A stretch of 64,000 nucleotides of DNA from Klebsormidium nitens (lineage: Eukaryota > Plantae > Klebsormidiophyceae), in the NCBI GenBank assembly GCA_000708835.1, contig DF237308.1, positions 30,158-94,157 of the forward strand, in the 5' to 3' direction. This document shows positions 48,692-62,300 of this stretch, in pieces (within the stretch, counting starts at the first letter, position 1; the number at the start of each line of letters is the position of its first letter). The notes beneath the pieces were generated by a model. The model searched no databases. It saw nothing but the letters and a program-made list of their open reading frames with translations, and was not told the origin of the DNA. Both the position numbers and the translations under genes were made by a program.

Positions 48692-51600
48692 ATGGCTGAT
48701 GTAGAGGCCCCATTGTTTGATCCCCGTGAGGCTGATCATCATGATTGGAATGAAGTGGACGGAAGATTGTCAGAGGGAGAGGAAGATGCGGGAGAGGACG
48801 AGATGGGGTCCAAGGAGGAGGCCGAGCTCAGTAGGAGTCTCTCACAGGTAAAGCAGACAAACTCAAGCCAAGTCTTGTTAGTACCAGGATGAGACGCTTT
48901 GTTGAACAGCTCATGAGTGTTCTTGCTGGTCCGAATTCAAACCCATGTCTTTGTGTGCTACTTGGAGAACCACGCACGGAGTGCCTAATCTATGTGCACA
49001 AGGAAAGTGCCATGTGTTCGAAAGCACTTGCTGTGAGTACACATTGCTCTCGCTCTTGCAAGATATAAGCACCGGCAGGAACAAACCATGTTCTGCGGTA
49101 TATGTGAATCTGAAACACCTCATCCATCATTCAGCATATGTGAAGACAAGCACGGAGGCAAAGATTAAGTTCGTGCAGAAAACCCTCACTATTATCCTCC
49201 TTCTAGTGACTCGCTGGCTTGCAAGAGGCTGCTGGGTACAAACCTCTTGTTTGCGCTGCAGAATGTTGCACTGGACCAGCGGATTGCCCGGGTTCTTGGC
49301 AATCTGGACAAGGTGGTCAAGGATCCCACTAGAGGAGGTGGGCCACTGCCTTTCATAGTTGCTTGGCTGGACGGCATAGACTGAGCTCGCAACATATGAG
49401 GGCTACCTACGCATCAGAGCCTGTGGACGCATTGCTTTGACTCGCAATTGTCAGCATTGTTTTGACTCCTTGCAGACCAATGGTCCGTGACCTTGTTGGT
49501 CGAATCGCACCAGCAGACACTCTCTGGAAGGCACCTCTTCAGTCAGAACAGTGATGGCCATGGATTTCTGTGCAAGTCCAAGTCACATTTGCGCCGTTGC
49601 AGCGAGCTGGCTAGCGAAGCATAAGCCTTGTTCTTGTCTGGTGTCTGCAGGGGTGATGGCCGGTGATTATGGCACCTTCATGCCGGTCCAAGTTCGCGGG
49701 AAGGCCGTTCCGCAGCGCTTTGTTCGGGACACTGGGATTGACATCCCCAGCTTGGGGCCTCCTCTGGACCCTGTGCCCCCGCGAGAGACCCCGCCGCTGG
49801 TGCCATCTGCCCTTCGACCGAAGACGGCCGCAAAGAAGCTGGCGATGCCAGCATCTACGGTGAGTGCCTGGCGATACCAGCATCTACGGTGAGTGCCTTG
49901 AGGCGGGTACCCGAGACGGAGGCCTACAGCATAGGAGCAGCGGAAAGTTTGGCGTTGTTCTTTGTAACTAGATTCGGGAGAGGACAGTTGCTGATGGGGT
50001 TTCCACCACAAATGGACAACTTATCTCTGAGCTTCGATGGCTGCACCAAGCGCAGGTCCTTGGCTGAAACTCCTAGGACTCCGCATGCGCAAGATTTCTG
50101 AGGACATCCGTAACCTCGTGCAGTTGTTGGTGAACGTCGATCCCAGCTTGGCTCCCACCAAGTCAGACGGAGCCTCTAGATCCTCCAAGCCGCGCAAGAC
50201 CAAACCGAGCCAGAATGGTGCCCCCCTAGGCAGCAAGCAGGTAGCATCCCCGTACAAGCTGGGGAGTCTTGGGGCCTCTCCCCTTGGAATTGACTACGTT
50301 TTAGCGAGCGCGGCCCCCGTCTCTCCGCTCCTGAATTCGGGGCCCACGCCGTCAAGCACGGCCTCCACTCCTGAACGAAGCCCCGGATCAATCCTGCGGG
50401 TAAGTGTCAATCGGTCTGTGCTGACCTGGACGTTTCCCTGACTCTTTTCATTACACAGCCCTGCCTCACCTGCCCCCATAGTACCTCCCCAGCATTTGCG
50501 TCTGTGTGTAGCTTTGTTTCTGCGAACTTTGCGTAACTCTTCAAGAATCTTCGGTGGACTGACTGCCCGTGCATAAACCATTGACTTTTGGGCGGAATCC
50601 CTGAGCATCGCTGTTGCTGCAGATCATGACGGCATCCACTCTCCCATATGGGAGCTATGTCTCTCCAATCGGGGACCTTGTTTCGTGGAACCGTATGGCC
50701 CGCTCTAGTCGGCTGGGCTCGGTGCAGGAGCACGAAGGGATTGCGGCGGGTGCCATGGACGCATCTGACGAGGAGCGGGGGCACGACGGCGGAAGGGCTG
50801 GGGTCCACGCAAAGGAGGAAGCCAGGAAGGAACTCTGGGGGGCAGAGAGAAAGGAAAGTTTGGCCAAGAAGAGAGTCAAGGAAACAGAGCTGGGCACGAA
50901 ACCGGACAGAGCGGCAGCACGTGCGGATAAAGAGCCGGCCGCTGCGGCACCGGCCAGCGAGGAGACGTCTGTGTTGGACGGCTTCTTGCTTCCCCAGTCT
51001 GGAGTTGCTGAGCTTGAGAGCTTCCTCCCCATAGAAAAGGAGCGGCTGCCGCGGGTGGGGAAGCGGCAGCTGATGCAGCAGCTGAGCGTGGACCAGGAGC
51101 GGCTCAAGGCGTTCCTGGGGGAGGGGGCCGCAGCGGGGGACCTGCTCCAACGGATCCCCCACGCCAACCTGAAGGAGATTGAGCGGCTGAAGAAGGAGAT
51201 TGAGAGGACGGAGGCGATGCTGAGGCGGAAGCTGGAGGAAGATTCGGACTCGGACTCGTCGTCAAGTAGCGGGGGCGGAGAGAGTTGGGGCGCAAGGGAT
51301 AGGAGTTTGGGCCGGAATGCGGAGGAGCAGGGGGGGGGGAATATGAGCGGGCCTGCTCGAGGGCAGAGTGCGGCAAAGTTCTCGGACCGGAAGGGAGGGC
51401 CGGGCACGGTCAAAATTGATGGAAGGGTTGATGGGAATGCAGAAGGGAGGGGACAGGAGACAAGCAGCAAGGGGAGGGAAGAGAGGAAGCGGCAGGGGGA
51501 GGTGCAGTCTCCGACGTCAAAGAAGGAGAAGCGGCTCCGGCTGATGGAAGAACTGGAAGAAGTGAAGAGAAGGCAGGCGCAGGAGGACAGCAAGGGTCAA

Positions 51601-54600
51601 GCGAAGCCTGCGGGCGAAGCAGCAGGGAAGGATGGGCGAACAGAGAAGAGGAAGAAGGACAGGGATACGAGCATCAGTATGGAAGCAGGAAGCAAGGACC
51701 ACTTAGGAGCTGGGGACAAGGGATCGAAGCAGGGGCGGACCCCAGGGGCAGTGGACCATCCAGAGAAGCTGGGAGTGCGAGAAGGGAAGGGCAGTGAAGA
51801 AGAGCAAAGTAAGAAGAAGAAGAAGATGAAGAAAAAGCTTGCCGGGGTGGAAGTGACAACCACGATCCCCCATGAGAAGGTGACGGAGCGGGACGAGAGC
51901 CAGGATGAGGAGGGGGAGCGGCAGCGGTCGCTGGCGAGGTCTATGAAGAAGAAAAAGATGAAGCAACGTGAGCTGCCGGATGCAGTGGATGAAAAGAGAC
52001 CGAAGAGTGGCGCGGAGGACAAGAGCGGTAAAGGGCGGCTCGCAAAAGAGGCCAGCGGGACCGACGGTGCGCACAGGTCGCGGGCCGTGATGGCGGCTGC
52101 CCGCGAGGCGCTGCCCGAAGCGGACCAGAAGCGGCTGCGTGCGGCGGCGGCCAATGCTAAGCTGGTGCAGCAGGCACAGATGAGCGGGGACGTGGTGGAG
52201 CTAGGCCCGCGGGTGGACCTTGGGGAAGACGAGTACGTGGGGTGCGACAAGTGCGACAAGTGGCGCTTCCTGCCCTACTGGCTGCACACCAAGCAGTTCA
52301 CAAACATCCGTTGGACCTGCGACGATGTCGACTGGCTCGAGTGAGTGCGCCCAACAACACAGAGTCGCTGCCGGCAACTGCGCCGGAGCAAAGAGGGCAG
52401 AGTGCAAACCCCCGAAAACCGCGAGACTGGAGATGAAATCAGCAGTCCTCCTCCATGTCTCCAAGAGCTTGATGGTCTCTGTGCTGCATTTAGGAACCGC
52501 TTGTTTCACTTTCCCTGTATCTACTATCCGTAGTTGCAGAAGCATCCAATGTGCGGTGTCGGCAATGTGCTCCGGAGATGCTCGCATGCCCAAAGCTGCC
52601 TGTCAACGCTGTTAAGGAAGCTGATGCCAATTCTCTGTTTGCAGTGCGGCCTATGTGGGCTGCCATGTTGAAGACAAAGTCTTCGAGTTTCAGACTAAGC
52701 TGATCAACTACCCGCCGCTGGGAGGCTGGGAGAAAGTTGCTGAGGACATCAAGAAGAGAGGCCTCATCCCCAAGCTGCCGCCCGTAGTCGCGTCTCCCAC
52801 AAAACCAAAACGCAGTGCGTTCACTCAACAAGGAGACGCGTCTGCTACGCTGATGCGCACCCAGAGTGCTGATAGGAAGAAGGATGTCCGCGGGGGGCCA
52901 CTGGATGGGGTCGCTGGGAGCCCCCTGGGGCAAAGGAAACGGCTGCTGAAGGAGGGGGAGGCGCGCAGGCAGAAAGGGCAAGCAAAGGGTCGGGGCAGCG
53001 GGGAATCGGAGAGCGGGGGTGAGGAGGGGGGGGCCGGCACCAAGGGGGCCAAGAAGAAGCTCAAGAAGAGGCGGGCCGTGCTCAGCGACGAGGAAGAGAG
53101 CGGAGAGGAGAAAGGAGGGAACGCAGGCAAGGAGCAAAACGTTAGAGCGACTGTAGATGCTCCGCCAGGCAAGGGCAGGGATGAGGAGAAGGCGGGCAGC
53201 GTGGTCGCAGCTGCAGTCGAAGAGGAAGACTGGGTCGTGGAGGACGAACCGGGACGGGAAGAGGAGGCGCTAGCGGGTGGGCCGGAAGAAGACATGGGTG
53301 CGCAACATGGTGCGAAGGCGCAGCCGAACGAGGCGGAGGAACGTGAGCGAGGGGGGCGGGAGGTGGTGCGACCGGGGGCCGGCGAGGAGAGGAGACGAGA
53401 AACAGAGGCGAAACGGAAGCTGGATGAGGAGGACAGGGAGCAGCCGAGGGAGAAGAAGGCGAAGACAGAGGCAGGAACAAGGAACAAGGAGGTTACAGAA
53501 GGGGCGAAGGAATATAGGGAAAGGGACAGGGAAGGGGTTGAGAAGCAGCAGAAGCCGGAGGCGCAAAAGGAGCAGAGAGAGGGGTCAGAGGAGAGGGCTT
53601 TCAAGAAAAAGTTGAAGAAAGGCAAGAGGTTGGCAGAAACCATGGACGGCAAAACATTAAACGCTCCTACCCCGCCAGAGGTAAGCACGACAGCGGCAGG
53701 GGACAAGGTTAAGGTCAACGATAGAGGAGATGGAGACAGAAAGGGCGAGGCTGAGGGGCGGGAGACGAAGAGACGAAAAACAGAGGGGAAAGACGAAAAG
53801 CAGGGTGAAAGGGAAAAGGAGGGGGGTTACAGAATCGATCTTTCTGGGGGGCTCGGTGCCCCGGCGGAAGCTAAGGGGGAGGCTGAATCAAAAGCTAAGG
53901 GGGAGGCTGAATCAAAAGCTAAAGGGGAGGCTGAAATCCAAGGAGGGACTGATGTCACGGGGGAGACGGTACCGGAGGTCGTGCAGACTAAAGAGCGGGG
54001 CAGTGAAAGAGGGACAGAGCCGGTGTTGAAAGTGAAGGGCGCGGACGTAGATAAGCTGGAAGGGTTGAGTACTGAGGGGGCGGGAAGAAGAGAGGCCGGC
54101 ACGACTGGGGTAGAAAAGAGCAGTGAGAAGCGGCATCAACCAGAGGGAATGGGGGGAGGAAGGGCGGAAGAGACCACGGGAACGGAGAAGAGAGCTGATA
54201 CGCAAGCGGGCGTGGGGCTAGTAGCAGAAAGAAAAGAGGTGACAGCACCGGCGGGAGGGGAGCACCCCTTCTTGGAAGAGGACGCGGACGCGGACAAGGA
54301 GCGGAAGTCTGAAGCGGCAGGAGCTGCGGCGAGTCTGTCGCGACTCAACAGCTTGGTGCCGAGACAGGTGCAAGTGGCCAGCCGGAAGGTCGTCCCTAAG
54401 GACGAAGAGAGGGGCGACAAAGGGGCAGAAAAGGCCGAACCGAGTAGAAGTGAGAGAACGGCAACGGAGGTGGAGAAAGATGGACCTACGAGCGTCGATG
54501 TCAAAGCGGCACCCGGCGAGTTGAAGAAGGAAGAAACCGCACCGGATGCAAAGAGCGCTGCGTCTGGTAGTCGACGAGTTGCTGCGGAAGCGAGGGCGGC

Positions 54601-57472
54601 GCCGGTTCCCCCGGTCGAGAAAGCCGCTGTTGAGGCGGACGTGCGAGCACCTGCGAAGGCGAAGCGGGCTGAGCTGTCGGACAGCACGTCCTCCTCGGAC
54701 GTGTCGTCATCCGACGTGTCGTCGGACGGGTCGGAGCTGGCGGAAGAGGACGTGGTGCAGCCCGCCAAGGGGGGGCGGAGCGCCAGGGCGAGGGGCAGAG
54801 ATGAGCCGGGGGCGGACCCCCCCAATCCAGCGCGCAGCACGGTCTTGCAGGTGTCGCCCCCCACTCGGCGAGGGCCCAGCCCTCTGCGGCTGGGCCGAAG
54901 GGCGCCCTCGGAGGACCGCGACAGCCCTCCCCCGAGCAGAACGGAGTGGCGGGAGCGCGACAGACGGGACGACAGGGACCGGGACAGGGGGTACCGGAGT
55001 GAGAGGCGGCGCAGCCCGGGGCGGCGATGGGGGGAGCGAGAGAGGGAACGGAGCAGATACTATGACGACAGGGGTCGCGGCAGGGACTACGATCGCGACT
55101 ACGAGCGGGATCAGGACAGAAGAGGGGGGTACCGCAGGGGGGAGTCGCCCCCGTGGCGGGACCGGAGGGGCGGCAGCGAGCGGTTGGAGCATGACAGGCG
55201 GCGGGACGGGCGAGACGACGACCGGCTCTCTGCGGGGGACCGGTCGCGGTCGCGCTCTCTCGGCAAGGAGGGGGCCTTGACCAGGCGGGACGGGCGGGGG
55301 AGCAGCCGCCAGCTGTCGCCGCTGCCCGAGGCAGGCTCCGGCAAAGACGCGGCCGTGCAGAAGAAGGAGGTGCCGCCCGCGGCGGAGAAGCCGCCCAGCG
55401 TTGAGAGCCGGGCCAAGGGGCCGCTCGCCAGGGTGCTGCCTGAGGTGGGGGGGCCGGGAAGTGCGCGGAGTACCCCCCCGGTGGAGATGACCGCGTCGAC
55501 GCCGCCCCACGTGGGGGGGTCCAGTTCCACGCCGGCCCCGGTGGTGAAGGCGGCCAGCGAGTCGAGCCGCATGGCCGGTGCCATGGCGCCGCCCCCGCCT
55601 CCGGCCGCGGCAGGCGGGGCGCTGGACGAGGCGCACCGCGTGTTTGGGAAGCGGATGAAGGAGGCCAAGGACACCAAGCACGCCGCGGATAAGCTCAAGG
55701 TGAGCGGGCAGCAGCGCAGGGGCTCGCGGTCGGGGCAGCGGCCACGGGATTGGCTTGGTCACCGGCTCAGTGGATGTCCTGGGGGCCGAACGCTGCAACC
55801 TTCTTATGAACTTGAGGCGCGTACTGAGGTGTTGGATGAATAGAATAAGGATAAGTGGGCACAGCAAAAACGTCTTCGCTACATCTGAGCGCGGTTAAAA
55901 CTAGCTCAAAGCGGACTCCGCCGGGGCTTCCCCTTCTAACAGAAAACTAGCGTCTTCTCAGCACCAGTGCAGACTTCGTTTTCTTTTTGATGTGCGCATC
56001 TCGTTGCTTCGTCGGTCGTTAGCTCAGCAAGCGCGTCTCTCACATTGTGTGTGATCATGTTCCTTCTAATGCACCCGCTATCTGTTATTCATCTACCTGC
56101 TCTGTGTCGTTGGACCTTTGATATCTCGTCATTTCCGTTGCGGTCGTCGCCTGCTGTCGGTCCCTGCCTCCCCATTCCCTTCTGACGTGTCTTTGCGTCG
56201 CTGCCTGGTGCAGGAGCAGGGGCAGGCCATTGCTGCCATGGTGTACCTGGATGCGGCACTCAAGTTTCTGCTGGCGGCCTCCTCCATCGAGGTGTTCGAT
56301 GCCAAGCAGGCCTCGTCCATCTACCGAGAGACCGCGGCCTACCTCGAGTAAGGGACCAAGGACTGACGGCTTGTGGTCTGCCCGTACCGCTGACTTGACG
56401 AACATCTCAACGAGATCCACCTGGATGTGCGGGCCACCCCCAGATCTGTGCAAATGAGGATCGTTGCAACGGCGATCCATCCGCTGTCGGCACTATCCCG
56501 CTTGCTCTAACGCGCACGGACATTGCTTGTAGACGGCTTCAAATGTTGCACGCCATCTTCTTCATGAAATCAAATGAGTTAGACCCCAGAAAAGTGGAAG
56601 TACGCGCAGCGGATCACAAAGAGCGTGCTCTCACCTTCTTCCCGTCCTGTTTTGGTGGCAGGGGCCTGTGCGTGGGTTCCTTCAGCTCCAACCAGGACCT
56701 GGCCGGCGAGGCGCTGGCGTGGCAGTGCAGCGCCGTGGCGCGCACGCGCGCTCTGCAGGCCGTCAAGGACCGCGCGCTCAAAGACCGGGCCGCGCTGCAC
56801 GAAGGCCTCATCCTGACGGCCCCCACCGGGGCACCTGGAGCCGGGCCCCGGCCCCCGTCAGCAGGGGCACCGGCCACTGCTCTGAACCCGGGGAATGCAC
56901 ACCCAGGAGTGGTGGGCACGCCGCCGGGCACGATTGGTAAGTGGTTCCTTGCCCTAAGTGCTGCAGTTACGGCTGTGGGCGTCTGCGGTGGGCACATGTT
57001 TAACAGAGACCGAAGCAAGGGTTGAACGGTTCGCATGAAGCGCGCCGGGCTGTTTTGGCCAGCGCCTGAGGTGGCCGACCACAGGTACACAAATGTCGGT
57101 CTGTGTGCGGTAGTGTACCTGCGTTGTGGCTGCCTGCTAACCGCGTCCGCATCTGAAGAGTGCTCTGCCGCTTCGACAGCCGGGTCGCCGTCCTCATCGT
57201 CCGCATCGGATGCGGACGCGGCCTCCCAGGCCGCTCTGTCGCTGGGGCCGCACCAGCGCGAGCCGCTGGGCCACATGCTGCACATCGTGCACGAGCACTT
57301 CAAGATCACGGCCTGCTGGGCCCAGGCAGCCAACCTCGCGGGCCAGGCAGCCAAAACGCTGGGGTCCGACGCGCTTAGCGCGCTGAACGCGGTGGGGGAA
57401 AATGGGGGGGTGGGAAGCTTGGATAGCATTGTCCAAGCAGTGCGCATTGCCCTAGATAAGTTTGGCGCTTAG
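48692..57472 (+). CDS. Plant CW-type zinc finger protein (CWZF3/5/7-like), large and mostly disordered
   Basis: N-terminal ALDQRIARVLG...GDYGTFMP and SPGSILR|IMT...SPIGDL blocks. CW finger CDKCDKWRFLP...WTC...W...C split by intron 52341-52644. C-terminal helical block KEAKDTKHAADKLK...YLDAALKFLLAAS...IYRETA...ALAWQC...VQAVRIALDKFGA*, as in plant CWZF proteins. Confidence 0.88.
49840..49897 (+). repeat. 29-bp tandem duplication spanning a 5' splice site
   Basis: TGGCGATGCCAGCATCTACG|GTGAGTGCC (49840-49868) followed by TGGCGATACCAGCATCTACG|GTGAGTGCC (49869-49897), 1 mismatch. Confidence 0.95.
53868..53935 (+). repeat. Coding 24-bp minisatellite x~2.8 (KAKGEAES)
   Basis: aagctaagggggaggctgaatcaa at 53868 and 53892, partial at 53916. 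Confidence 0.9.
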
Positions 57473-57899
57473 AATAGTAGCGTGGTGTAGGTCAGAAGTG
57501 TTTGTGAGCACTAGCGGCTCCGTCAATTCATCCATCCCAGATTTGGCTAGGGCGTCAGTGAGTCATTTGTTTTGTGGATTCATTGAGTTGCAGTCTACTA
57601 AGCATACGCCGCATTACTTGTTAGACGGACTCAAATCAAGCTTTGGCCTGCGGGCTACGCACAATCCAGTGTATTGGAGCAGCCGGGCGTGTTCCTCCGG
57701 CAATAGGTCAAAGTGGCAGTCGAGATTGGCTGGTGAGCCTGCTTGTCTGCCAAGCTACATCATCCGACCCTCCAATTAGAGTCAAATACTAAGCGAGTAC
57801 TGGACAGGCTTCGATTAGACTGAGTTTTGTAACTTGTGGACGTTCGGCGGCTGGCAAACGTTGAGGAAAACTGAATTGTAGGCCCCAAACTGCCAGTGC

Positions 57900-58950
57900 T
57901 ATTGGATGCTTCTTAGAGGGCCTATGCTAGTTCCTAATGCGTTCGGTGCAGGTATGCCATACTTAATGGCATGCAAGTTTGCATGAACTGTACGTTCACA
58001 CCGTACGCGCTCAGTCACCAATCTTTTGTGTGCACCGCCATATGAAGACAGATGCTAATCGTGTGCATTTATGGGCCGCTTATGTTGAAACATTTCAAAC
58101 TGCGTCAACTTTCATGCAATCAAGGACCCGGGGTGATTGCATCATTGCACCTGTCCAACGATATCCGCTGATTGGACTCGGCCTAATTCGCTTCATACAA
58201 GATGCCAGATAATCCGTATGTATACTATAGCTACAATTACTTTCGTCACTACGCACGCCCGTCTTGTGGCGGCAGCAGTGCATCGCCGGTATAATTATCA
58301 TAATACATATATGAATAAAGAGTAATTTTGATCCGACGTGATGATGCACGCCACTATATACTGTACGTCCAATAGCGGCGGCGGTGATTGAATGACTTTT
58401 GTCGCTTGAACCTAATTGCGTGCAGCATGCATGTACTAAACTGCACACGTGCATCATCAGCTGCCAGCTTGCGTCATGATTGATCGATGCAGTTACCGTA
58501 TACGGCATGTTGGCCTCAATACAATATGGCATATAACTTTATTCAGGCATGCTGCTCTGGCTGCAGTGCTGGCCGGGAGAATTGCAGCTACTAGCAATCT
58601 ATAGGCTGCATTGCGGCGACGACTGATATTGCCATGATGGTAGAAAAGTCTGAAATAACAAAGGATGCTGATGATGTGTGCGCGGCGTACTGCTTCAATC
58701 GACATGTGAACCAAGCTTCTATATATCACGCACAAACCAAAAGGCCGCCAGATTGTCGCGCATTGATAAGTTAGCATGGAAATTAGCAAAACTTTTCTTG
58801 CGGGCTCTACTTGCTTACCATACCCGGACCTCTGTAGCGCGTTTTCCATGTTCATGTACGTTGCCACTGTGGGGCTTTCGTCACCAACGAATTTTCAACA
58901 TGCCGTCTCCATCCGACTATAGAAGCAAGTTCCTTTCATGCAAACGAGTC
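57900..58950. other. Degenerate CATG/TGCA-rich intergenic tract between convergent CWZF and LYAR 3' ends
   Basis: Hand count in 58381-58560: TGCA 5 and CATG 5 in 180 nt; no credible ORF. Confidence 0.45.
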
Positions 58951-59319
58951 TGATTGGGAGTTGATAGTCGTTCGATCTCAAAGCCATGCATTTTTCTTCC
59001 ATCATTTGGTTCATTGTGGTGTGCCAAAACGTCTCGTATTCTCTCAGCCGGAAGCCTTGGGAAGTATTTTCGACAAAACACCACTTTGCAGAGCTTGATT
59101 CTTGACTAGAGAAGCCAATCTCCATACAAATTGCGAAGTCCTTGATCTGATCATGAATCTGAAGTGTCACGGTGAGACACCGTTGTTCAAACACGCCCGC
59201 TTCATTCAAAAAGACAGAGGCGGGTCATGGATCCTGTTTACACAAATGCAGTTTGATTCTTATCTGCAATGTGACTTGTCCTTCGTGTCGCTTGATCTAT
59301 CATCTATGCTAAAATGATA

Positions 59320-62300
59320 CTACGTATCCGTTCTAAGGCTCACCTTTTTCCCCGTCAACTGGAATTTTGAGTTCTTCGTGGCCTGCAAATGCCCCAGAGT
59401 GAGCGTCAGACTCCTCTTAGAGCATGCAACATCTCTACAAAAAAAAGAGCTGTGCCAAGTACGTGTGATGTGAGTCGAAATGCAGACCGGAAGAGACTTT
59501 AGCTGCCAACAACGATAGAGCCCAGGACTCTTTCCTTTCCTGCTCATTTTACTTGCGTAATTAAACTTCGACACGAACAGCCTCACAGGGTCACGGCACT
59601 TCGAAGCACTAGAGGGGCACCAACATCACCGTTAGCACACTAGGGTCCCACGTCGACTCACTTGCACCAAAATCTGCTCTTGGAGAGCCTTTGTGGACAC
59701 CTCTATTGCGAGAGTCGCTTGCGATTGCACGCTTTGCAGAAGGCTTTTGAGGCTTAGAGTGTGCTTGTCGGCCTGCAGGTGGGAGACAGCAGAGGCTCGA
59801 AGATGATCTGGCTCAAAACAGTTCCAGCTCTGAGTTGCTCGCTTTTGTCCATGACCGCCCAAGTATCCTTATACATTGACGAGCTTTCTTTTCAGTCTGC
59901 TCCTGCACCATACCGCAGCACCTCGAGTCCTCCACAAACCACGATCCAAGATTGATATCAACAAAGGTGTCAATCTGCACTGAGCTTTCTTCGAGTCTCT
60001 TGTGAATCATGCGTCATCCAATCGAGAGGCACTCAGCAGGCCAGCATAACAAAAGTTTAACCTTCACCTGACCACCGTCAGGTACAGAGTTCGGCCCTCC
60101 ACACGACAGGAAGGGAAAACACATGCCCCTCACCTCTTGCAGGGCAGCTTGCATCATCTTCCGAAGCTTCCCCGGCTTGATCGCAGCAGCTGCAGCATCC
60201 CCTGCATCGACTGTCGAAGCCACAGCGCTTTCATTCGCAGCCCTTTTAATCTTCTTCACTGTTGTTTCACTGGCCCCAATCGCTCCTCCCGAAAGTGTGC
60301 CCACGCCACCGTCCACTTCGCGTTCCTTCTTTCCTTTCTTTCGCGCGCTTTTACCCCCCTCATCGACGTCCGTAGCTATCTTTTCCCCCCTTCTCTTTTT
60401 GCTCTCTTTTCGAGGGGGCTCGTCTACACCGTTCGAAGGCTCGCCCTGCATCTCGTTTGCCCCATGAGTTTCCGGCCCCTCCCTGTCTCCGACCGCAGGA
60501 GAGTCCGCCTGCTTCTTCTTCCTACCCTTCTCCGCCAGCTCCTCCCAGTACTGCTTTTCGTCCAGCACTTTACCCGCCTTGCCGTTTTTCGCCTTCGCTT
60601 CCGATTTCCCGTTCTGCTTGTCGTTCTGTCCGTTCTGCACAGAACTTGTTTCCTTGTCCGCCGTTACATGTTCAAGTGAGCCATTCTCGGGTGGTTTGGA
60701 TGCAGCATCAGAGGAACCCGCGCCCTTCTTCTCCTTCTTGCTCTTCTTTTTAGCTACAGTGCTTGAGTCTTTGACGACAGCCGGGTGAGTGTTGCTCTCC
60801 TCTGCTAATCCGCTCTCCTTAACTTTCTCAGGGGCCTCCTCTTCGACGCCCTCATTTAGACTCATCACTTCCTCGCCTTTGCGTTTCTTGCCCTTCTTCG
60901 TTTCCTTCTTCAACCTGGCTTGTCCGTCAGCATCTCCCGCTTCCGCGACTGTCTCTTTTTCTGCCTCCTGCATAACACCTGGAATGTCTTCCTTTTGCTG
61001 CTTCCCCTTCTTCCGCTTCTTCCCAACCTCAGCAGTGACTTCATGCTGCAAATCATCCGCCCCAACATCTCCCTTTCTCCTTTTCTTCTCCCCACTCCCC
61101 TTGCCGTCTGCCTGCGAATTCCCGCCCATGCTTGCCTTCCCCTCCGCTTCTGCAACCCCCCCCTTTGCCGCAGTCCCGGTCACAGCTCCGTCATGCTCAT
61201 CCCCGTTTTCCGATTTACCCCCCTTGTTCTCCCCAGTCGAAGCAGCCCCAACAACCCCCTCTGTGGGCACCTCCTTTTCTGCCTGGGCCTTGGCGGCTGC
61301 CCTGGCCTTGGCCCGGTGCTTCTTCCCCTGAGCATGCCCCTGGAGCGTCTCTTCGCTGGTGCACTTGACTCTGCAGAGGGTACACTCCCAGGGTGGCCGT
61401 GTCGACAGGCCAATCGTTAGCTCCAGGTTCTCCCCCCCCTTTGCAGGGTTCTCCTTTGAGCCAGCGCTGGGGTTTGCGAGAGCCTGGCGGAAGGCGTCCC
61501 TGGGCCCATATCGCACCTGCACAATAAGCATTGGGACACGTCGGGGCATGTCACAAGAAAAGTTCGATTGGTGATACCAGGGGTAAGGAAGGTCCTCTGT
61601 CCAACTGGTTGAAAACATCTGGCATGACCTTTTCCTCCAGGAAGAGTGCATCAAATGACCCTTGCTAATGACCCTCTGCTTATGGTGGTAATAAGTTGAC
61701 ACAACGTGCGGATGGTGGTATGAAGTCAACAGACCACGCTTAGGGTGGTGATGAGTTGGATAGACAAACAGCTGATGGTGGTAATAACTTGAACAAATTG
61801 ACACATCAAATTGACAGTGGTGACAACTTAACTGCTCATGGTCGTAAGTGATAAGAACAGGGGGCCAGAAGTTACGCCGAAGGGAGAACGCAGACGCAAT
61901 ATCTAACCTGACATGAAGACTGTTATAACTCTGAAACTCTGAGGAAGAGTGAAGAAAGGTGGGCCACGCTATGCTGGGCATGTTGCTGTGAATAACTCAG
62001 GACACCAAATAATCTTGAAAAACTTTCTGTGGATTAACAAGGTTTGCCTTTCAACTTAGCCCCAGGAAGACCTTTACCGATCACATTGCCAACCAGGTGG
62101 ATATGACATCAGTGTGAAAGCAGGAATACAACGTGCCCCAGTCGACTTACCTCTTCAGTTACACACGAAGTGTGCCCCTGCACAGACTGGCGGTCAAACA
62201 CCACCCCACAATCGATACAAGACAGCTGCACACGGAAAATCACATCATCAAACAATCAAAGAGCAAATGGCAACACCTTACAGGGAAACAGAGCATTTGA

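Noticed and set aside
50407-55867. Many long minus-strand and shifted-frame ORFs (e.g. 50655-51593, 52825-53718, 54707-55867)
   Set aside because: Low-complexity S/P/L-rich shadows of the purine-rich CWZF exons.
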